Source: an uncultured delta proteobacterium
GTDB lineage: Bacteria; Desulfobacterota; Binatia; UBA9968
Assembly (NCBI GenBank): GCA_963771465.1
Contig: CAVYTU010000008.1
Location: forward strand, 256,001 to 320,000
Direction of reading: 5' to 3'
DNA: 64,000 bases
Shown here: positions 58,414-64,000 of the stretch, piece after piece
Position numbering within the stretch: the stretch's first letter is position 1
Layout: each line of letters begins with the position of its first letter
Notes under the pieces: model-generated
What the model was told of the DNA's origin: nothing
The model's database searches: none
Seen by the model: the letters and a program-made list of their open reading frames with translations, nothing else
Position numbers and translations under genes: made by a program

Positions 58414-60195
58414 TTATTTGATCATACGGAGTTTTCGCTCTTCTTCGTAGAGGCCAAACTGCGTCTGGTATAGAGACGCAAACGGACCACGACGGCGTAT
58501 AAGTTCTGTGAAAGTTCCCTCTTCGAGTATCTCGCCATGGTGTAAGACTAGGATCCGATCTACACGCCGGACGGTCGAAAGCCGGTGAGCAATGATCAAT
58601 GTTGTCTTACCCTCCATCAAGGTCTCCAGACTCGCCATGATGAGGCTCTCCGTCTCCGTATCTACAGAAGAGGTCGGTTCGTCCAAGATCAGCACGGGGG
58701 CATTGCGCAAAATAGCCCGTGCAATCGTCAGACGCTGTTTCTGTCCTTCCGATAGGGTAGCGCCCTGTTCCCCTACTACCGTTTCATATCGCTGGGGAAG
58801 CTCTGTGATGAAATCGTCAATGTGAGCAAGCCGCGCTGCGGACATAACTTCGTCAAGGGTCGCGTCGGGTCGGCCATAAGCGATGTTCTCGCGTACGGTG
58901 ATCGGAAAAATAAGAGGAGGCTGAAGTACCATGGCGATTTGGCGGCGTAAAGACTGAAGCTGGAACTCCCGCACGTCAACGCCGTCAAGAGTCACGCGAC
59001 CTCGTTGTGGATCGTAAAAGCGAGGCACTAAACTAACTAAAGTGGATTTCCCGGCCCCGCTCGCCCCCACAATCGCGACACTTTCGCCGGGCTGTATTTG
59101 CAGATTGATTTCTTTTAACACCGGGCGCTCGTTGGCATATTCAAAAACGACTCTTTGAAACGAAATTCGTCCTTTGGTTCGATCTTCGCCGAAAATTCTC
59201 GGGCCATCCTTGAGGTCTCGTTCGACCTCGAGTATTTCAAAGACACGGTTGAGTCCAACCCTAGCCTCTTGGACAAGTCCGTAAGTTTGGAGAATCCGAT
59301 TAATCGGCACATAGAGAGATACCAGATAAGAAACAAAAACGATGAGTTCTCCCATTGTCATCGATCCGCTAAAAACACGCTGGGCGCCCACCCAAAGCAC
59401 CAGCGCCATCCCAATCGCAATGACGACATCGACTCCCCATGAGTAAAAACTTTGCAGCGTATAAAGACGCAGATCCGCCGCCAGGCTCCGCTCGCTTACC
59501 TTCATAAATCTTCTTTGCTCGTCTTCTTCTTTCGTGAATGCTTGAATAATTCTTACGGCGGACATCGCCCTTTGCACCACGGAATAAACCTCGCTTTGCT
59601 GTCGTCGCGAGCGGGTTGCTGCAGACACGATCCGTCTGTTGAGAATAACGATGACCGCTATCAAAACGGGGACAATGCTGATTGCCAAAAGAGTCAGATA
59701 TCCATCGAGCCGCGCCATAATAAAAAACATTCCGCCCAACAGCAGGAGCGCGGATAGAACAGGGAAGATGCCGTTCATCGTTAGTGTCTGGATGGCAAGC
59801 GTATCCGCGGTCACCCGATAAAGCAGATCGCCGACTTGATTGCGATGATGAAAATTTAGTGAAAGTCGCTGTAGCTGGTTATAAAGATCGCCGCGCAAGT
59901 CATGGACCATCTTCTGGCCAATGCGAATCGTTGTATAACTATTGAGGACCGTAGCCCCACCCAAAAGAAAGTAGATCAATACGAGCCCGGTGGCCGCCCC
60001 GGCCAGAACCCAGCTGGAGGACCAATCGGTTAGCATCGACCAAGGAAGAGGCTTGCCGGTAAGCACGTGGTCTAGAACGATCTTGATCGGCCAGGGCTTC
60101 AGCAACTCCAACGCGCTAATCAAAGCAACCTGACACAACGCAAAGAGGAAGATGAAGCGGTAAGGGTATAGGTAAGAACGAACCGTGCGTTTCAT
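58414..60195 (-). CDS. MsbA-like ABC exporter (TMD + NBD)
   Basis: LLKPWP.K...D, GASGAGKST, LSEGQKQR, LDEPTS, IAHRLST. Confidence 0.93.
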   Translation of the reverse strand: MKRTVRSYLYPYRFIFLFALCQVALISALELLKPWPIKIVLDHVLTGKPLPWSMLTDWSSSWVLAGAATGLVLIYFLLGGATVLNSYTTIRIGQKMVHDLRGDLYNQLQRLSLNFHHRNQVGDLLYRVTADTLAIQTLTMNGIFPVLSALLLLGGMFFIMARLDGYLTLLAISIVPVLIAVIVILNRRIVSAATRSRRQQSEVYSVVQRAMSAVRIIQAFTKEEDEQRRFMKVSERSLAADLRLYTLQSFYSWGVDVVIAIGMALVLWVGAQRVFSGSMTMGELIVFVSYLVSLYVPINRILQTYGLVQEARVGLNRVFEILEVERDLKDGPRIFGEDRTKGRISFQRVVFEYANERPVLKEINLQIQPGESVAIVGASGAGKSTLVSLVPRFYDPQRGRVTLDGVDVREFQLQSLRRQIAMVLQPPLIFPITVRENIAYGRPDATLDEVMSAARLAHIDDFITELPQRYETVVGEQGATLSEGQKQRLTIARAILRNAPVLILDEPTSSVDTETESLIMASLETLMEGKTTLIIAHRLSTVRRVDRILVLHHGEILEEGTFTELIRRRGPFASLYQTQFGLYEEERKLRMIK

Positions 60196-60211
60196 GAGCG
60201 GGATATCCTCA

Positions 60212-62812
60212 TCAAGCTTCTTCCGCGGATTTCTGGACCGGCACGAAGTCGAGCTTGTGCGCGAGCGCTTCAAGAACATGGTAGAGCAGATGGCCCAAGC
60301 GGAATTTCTGGTAGAGAATAGCGCTGCCGTGCGCCCAGCCGATAAATGCAGCAGCCGCGGCTACCGTGGGCACTCCTAGAAAAGCCGCGAACGCCGCCAC
60401 CGCAAGGTAGGAACACAGGAACGCGACCGAGATCCTGGACATTCGCAAGGCGCAGCGAACGCGAAGCAGTCGTTTAGAACCCGTATGATTTTCCGTAGCG
60501 GTTTTTATTTGAGCCTTGGCCCAAGGTCCCTGGCAGATTTCCAAGTCCCAATCACTCCAGCCCTGGTCCATGGCGATGAGATATTTTCGCGGCAGCAGAA
60601 AGTCCATCACCGAGTGGAGCAGGCTTTCTTTTTCCTGTCCCTGCTCGTTCCAATACGAGAGACAGAAGGCGCGCTCCTGCCAACAAATCTGCGGCTCTTG
60701 CGTGGGACCGTTTAAATCGACGGGCTTCACCTCCCGAAGTCTGCGCAGGCGCCAGCGGTAGCGTTCAAAGGTTCGGATCAAAGGTCCCAGGTAGATCAGG
60801 AGCGCTATCAGGAGCGTCGCGCGCCCGCCGCGAAATCGTGGCGCTACTCGGGCATTCACCGCAGAAGCGACACATTGGTAGAGAGTGAGAAACAATGGAC
60901 AAGTCCCCAGCCAGAAGACACCACCGAAAGCAAATGCACAGGCGAGAAGTAGCAGCGAAATCAAGTTCCACTCGAGCGTCAATGGCAGGCAAGACACGAT
61001 CGAGGGAGACGGCTGATAAAGTGTTTGGAAGAGGCCCCGACCGAATACGCCGGAATAGATTCTCGGCTGACTATTCAAAAGATAAGTCGAGAGGTCGCCA
61101 TAAATTCGCCCGAACCAACGCGATTGACCGAGCACGTTAAAGCGTGAGGGATGTTTAAAGAACAACAGCGTCTCGGCCTTGCCGTAGCCGCGCTGCTGCT
61201 TTAGGTAATCGCGAACTGTGTTACGGCGAAAGTGCCAGACCACTGCGGCCGGACTAAAGCCGATCTTGTAACCTTTGTTCTGAAGCCGCCAGCACAGATC
61301 GACATCATCGCCGGCGGCGCGAAAAATCGGATCAAATCCGTTGATCGCATCCAAAGCTTCGCGGCGAAACGCCATATTACAGCCCGGGATATGCTCAGCG
61401 ACTTCATCGTCCAACAAAACGTGAGCTGGCGCTCCCGGCGAGACCGCGACGCAAGATGCGACGAATGAATCGTCTGGCGGCGACAGATTCGGCCCGCCGA
61501 CGGCGGCAAACTCCGATGTCTGAAACCGGGCCACGAGATGGGTGAGCCAATCCTCATCGGCGACGCAATCGGCGTCCGTAAACGCGATAATTTCGCCGCG
61601 GGCGGCATCGATACCGACGTTGCGCGCGGCGCTCAAACCCTGATTTTCTTGGTTAATAAGGCGGATGTAATCATAGCTTTCGGCAATTTGCCGCGTACCA
61701 TCGGTCGAGCCGTCATTGACGACAACAACTTCGTAATTGGGGTAATTGAGTTTCTCCAGCGAAGCGAGACAATCATTGATCGTTCGCTGGCCATTATACA
61801 CGCAGACAATGACCGAAACCTTAGGATAGGCGCGAAGCGGCGGCGGCAGCGCACCGTCATAGTATTGTTGCACTGAAAAAAATGCGGGCTTCTTGCGACG
61901 GCTGCGATCGACTAAGCCAAAGGCCCAGTCGTTAACCTGAAACCCGCCATCACCTGATAGCGGGAACGCGTACCAATCATCAGTCCAAGAAAAGATCACC
62001 GTGCCGGCTACGCCCGTCTCAAAACAGGCGCGAAGTTGCCAACCCAGAGTTTCCGCTTGAAAGGCGTTTCCCTGACGAATCGAATCGATACCGATCTCGG
62101 TAAGAACGAGCGGCCGATCGCCCGCCAAGTTGTGCAGGTGCGACAGGTAACGACGGAAGTCCTCCTCCCGATGCAGATAAACGTTGAAGGCCAGAAAGTC
62201 GGCAAAATCCGTTTCGAGGTATTCGGTGGAAGGAAAATTAGCGTAACTTACGAATGCTTGATTATCGACGCTCTTCACACAATCTACCAATTCACCAAGA
62301 AAAGTGCGTATTTTGTCGCCGCCGTACCAACGGACAATTTCCGGTGGAATTTCGTTACCGACTAAATAAGCAAACACAGCGGCGTGATAAGCGCATGAGG
62401 CAACTGCGCGCGCGACGCTTGCGCGAATATCCGCCTGAGTTCGACGGGAATCGAGGAAAGATATGTGCTGAGCCCAAGGAATACCGACGATGACTCTGAG
62501 ATCGTACGAGTAGGCCAGATCGAGGAGCCACTTTGGCGGCGGTGTGAAAGTTCGAATACAATTGACGCCAAGCTCGCTCATCGCCGCAAAATCTGTTTCG
62601 ACAAGATCAGAATCCGGGAACGGCACCCCTGCTTCAGTAGGAGCAAAGGGTCCGTAAGTAACTCCCTTCAAAAAATATTTTTGATCATTTTGAAAGAAAT
62701 ACCGGCCCCGCAGGGAAAGTCTGTCTCTTGAAGTTTTGCTTGGGCGAGAAAATTCTGCGACTGAAGGAATCGACATGTTTCTGGTGAGTTCCCCTTCTGT
62801 CAAATACATCAC
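60212..62812 (-). CDS. Fusion of a clan GH-A TIM-barrel domain + GT2 glycosyltransferase + membrane domain
   Basis: KGVTYGPF, VGNEIP, LTEIG; then KVSVIVC, NDGSTD, FTDADC, GDDVD, QQRGYG; C-terminal TMs. Confidence 0.88.
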   Translation of the reverse strand: MMYLTEGELTRNMSIPSVAEFSRPSKTSRDRLSLRGRYFFQNDQKYFLKGVTYGPFAPTEAGVPFPDSDLVETDFAAMSELGVNCIRTFTPPPKWLLDLAYSYDLRVIVGIPWAQHISFLDSRRTQADIRASVARAVASCAYHAAVFAYLVGNEIPPEIVRWYGGDKIRTFLGELVDCVKSVDNQAFVSYANFPSTEYLETDFADFLAFNVYLHREEDFRRYLSHLHNLAGDRPLVLTEIGIDSIRQGNAFQAETLGWQLRACFETGVAGTVIFSWTDDWYAFPLSGDGGFQVNDWAFGLVDRSRRKKPAFFSVQQYYDGALPPPLRAYPKVSVIVCVYNGQRTINDCLASLEKLNYPNYEVVVVNDGSTDGTRQIAESYDYIRLINQENQGLSAARNVGIDAARGEIIAFTDADCVADEDWLTHLVARFQTSEFAAVGGPNLSPPDDSFVASCVAVSPGAPAHVLLDDEVAEHIPGCNMAFRREALDAINGFDPIFRAAGDDVDLCWRLQNKGYKIGFSPAAVVWHFRRNTVRDYLKQQRGYGKAETLLFFKHPSRFNVLGQSRWFGRIYGDLSTYLLNSQPRIYSGVFGRGLFQTLYQPSPSIVSCLPLTLEWNLISLLLLACAFAFGGVFWLGTCPLFLTLYQCVASAVNARVAPRFRGGRATLLIALLIYLGPLIRTFERYRWRLRRLREVKPVDLNGPTQEPQICWQERAFCLSYWNEQGQEKESLLHSVMDFLLPRKYLIAMDQGWSDWDLEICQGPWAKAQIKTATENHTGSKRLLRVRCALRMSRISVAFLCSYLAVAAFAAFLGVPTVAAAAAFIGWAHGSAILYQKFRLGHLLYHVLEALAHKLDFVPVQKSAEEA

Positions 62813-62879
62813 ATCCCCCAGTCTGAAATGGGTAACGCGAAAAGGCGAATCTTTCGTGTTTGAATGTGGCTAAGACACC

Positions 62880-62894
62880 GCAACATTGATGCCA
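62880..62894 (-). promoter_or_regulatory. Putative sigma-54 (-24/-12) promoter of the glycan operon
   Basis: TGGCATCAATGTTGC matches TGGCAC-N5-TTGC at 9 of 10 defined positions; about 70 bp upstream of the first ORF, with an AT-rich tract upstream. Confidence 0.6.
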
Positions 62895-63242
62895 TGCTCA
62901 TGAATAATTATTTTTTGTTGATATTACGGGTGTTTGATTCGATCGAGACACCGTAGACAATGGATTTACTGGAGGATTTAACCTGCTCTGAGTGTGGAGA
63001 AATTCCTGCTCGCTGGCCGTATGACGTCGGGCCGATCGGCAGCGGAATGATAATAAGGACAGATTAAAGGAAAAGAGTGCGCGACTTTATTCTTGTGGCT
63101 CGGAAATTGAATCGGAAATAGGCTAGTGCCGCACGCCGATGGAATTTGATCCAACAAGACCGTAACTCACAATTTTCGTCGACGAACAGGCAAGGAACGG
63201 GGAACTTCAATCATCGCCGAGTGAAACGACCTTGACGATTTT

Positions 63243-64000
63243 TTATTTACTCACCGGTGGGCGAAACGTGGCGAAAACTTTGTCGGAATTTGTGATCCAC
63301 GATTCTAAAAACAACGATTCGTCCGGCTTGCGATTTAGCGCGGCCATCGCTCCCGCCAAGCAGAACCAATTAAGCAGCTCGTGATGGCCGCGCTCTTCGG
63401 CTTCCGTCAATTTTGTATTGCGCCAAATTTCCCACTCACCCATGCGCAGCGCTTCGTAGTATCGCCGGTCCGACTCGACATCAGGATACATGCGACCATG
63501 CTTTGCGGTGAGAAAAGAATGGGACCAGCTCGAGGACGCGATCAATGCAACCCGCCATGGACTGTCGACCAACGCCCGCGCAGTCGCCGCGCCGATCTGA
63601 AAACAGCGCCACGGCTGCGGACCCGGCGGATCTTCGCGGCCTTCGAAGCTTTTCCCTTTCGACGGCGTCGGCGGTATCCCTTCACTGGCGGTAAGAAAGC
63701 GCCCGTAAGCATTGGTGGTAAACGGCACCAGCGGATAGGAAAACCCGTTGCGGTCCCAGTCGAGAAATAAAACCGAATTGGCAAACGCGTGGCCCAGATT
63801 GGCGTGCAGCGGTTTGTATGCGTAGGCGATATCGAATCCTTCATTCAACAAGCATGACGCAAGATGTTTGCCGCCCTCGCGATGGCCGCGCACGGAAAAA
63901 ACTTTTTCCTTCGGCTCGTGCCACGAATTAACGCCGCGCTGGTTGTGGAGCCAAGGTTGGAATTCCGCGCCGTCGTAAGCCAACACGGAAAACGGCGGCA
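63243..64000 (-). CDS. LigB/MhpB-type extradiol ring-cleavage dioxygenase, 3' part
   Basis: LGHAF, RVALIASSSWSH, GHHELLNWFCLAGAM; runs off the window edge. Confidence 0.8.
   Translation of the reverse strand, partial: PPFSVLAYDGAEFQPWLHNQRGVNSWHEPKEKVFSVRGHREGGKHLASCLLNEGFDIAYAYKPLHANLGHAFANSVLFLDWDRNGFSYPLVPFTTNAYGRFLTASEGIPPTPSKGKSFEGREDPPGPQPWRCFQIGAATARALVDSPWRVALIASSSWSHSFLTAKHGRMYPDVESDRRYYEALRMGEWEIWRNTKLTEAEERGHHELLNWFCLAGAMAALNRKPDESLFLESWITNSDKVFATFRPPVSK

Noticed and set aside
62825-62885. Possible c-di-GMP-I riboswitch (GGTAACGCGAAAAGGCGAATC...)
   Set aside because: Wrong strand for the operon and lacks the GAAA tetraloop/receptor and P2-P3 pairing.

Overview
Bacterial chromosomal window, GC-rich by eye. 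The gene content (many orphan substrate-binding proteins, Rieske/cupin/xanthine-dehydrogenase-like paralogues, carD-ispD, DUF1844) is consistent with a Deltaproteobacteria-like lineage such as Candidatus Binatia; this is an inference only. Layout: (i) 1-9.9 kb core genes (mrcB partial, degP, GT9, cysK-larE, ispD, carD, rimI, an unusual ferredoxin fusion). (ii) tRNA-Cys at 9935-10010, followed by a decayed integrative islet (~10.0-14.9 kb) with a LigD/tyrosine-integrase chimera, gene fragments, an integron-cassette-like GNAT gene and an orphan ABC binding protein. (iii) 14.9-44.5 kb core and metabolic genes (grxC, coaE, efp, gdhA, hinT, cysQ, pncA, sfsA, aromatic-catabolism-like enzymes, transport proteins, a cytochrome c/Vgb-propeller cluster). 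(iv) An accessory block at ~44.6-63.2 kb with an orphan DndB/DGQHR-family gene, a frameshifted YddA-type ABC transporter and a ~14 kb glycan operon (GH-A/GT2 fusion, ABC exporter, four paralogous GT-B proteins, a methyltransferase, two GT39-like proteins). The most striking non-coding signal is a strictly phased array of seven ACAGCTST-like palindromic boxes, one every 22-23 bp, preceded by a perfect IHF consensus and lying directly upstream of the orphan dndB-like gene. Several single-base frameshifts may be sequencing errors. All calls come from reading motifs by eye; no database searches were run.
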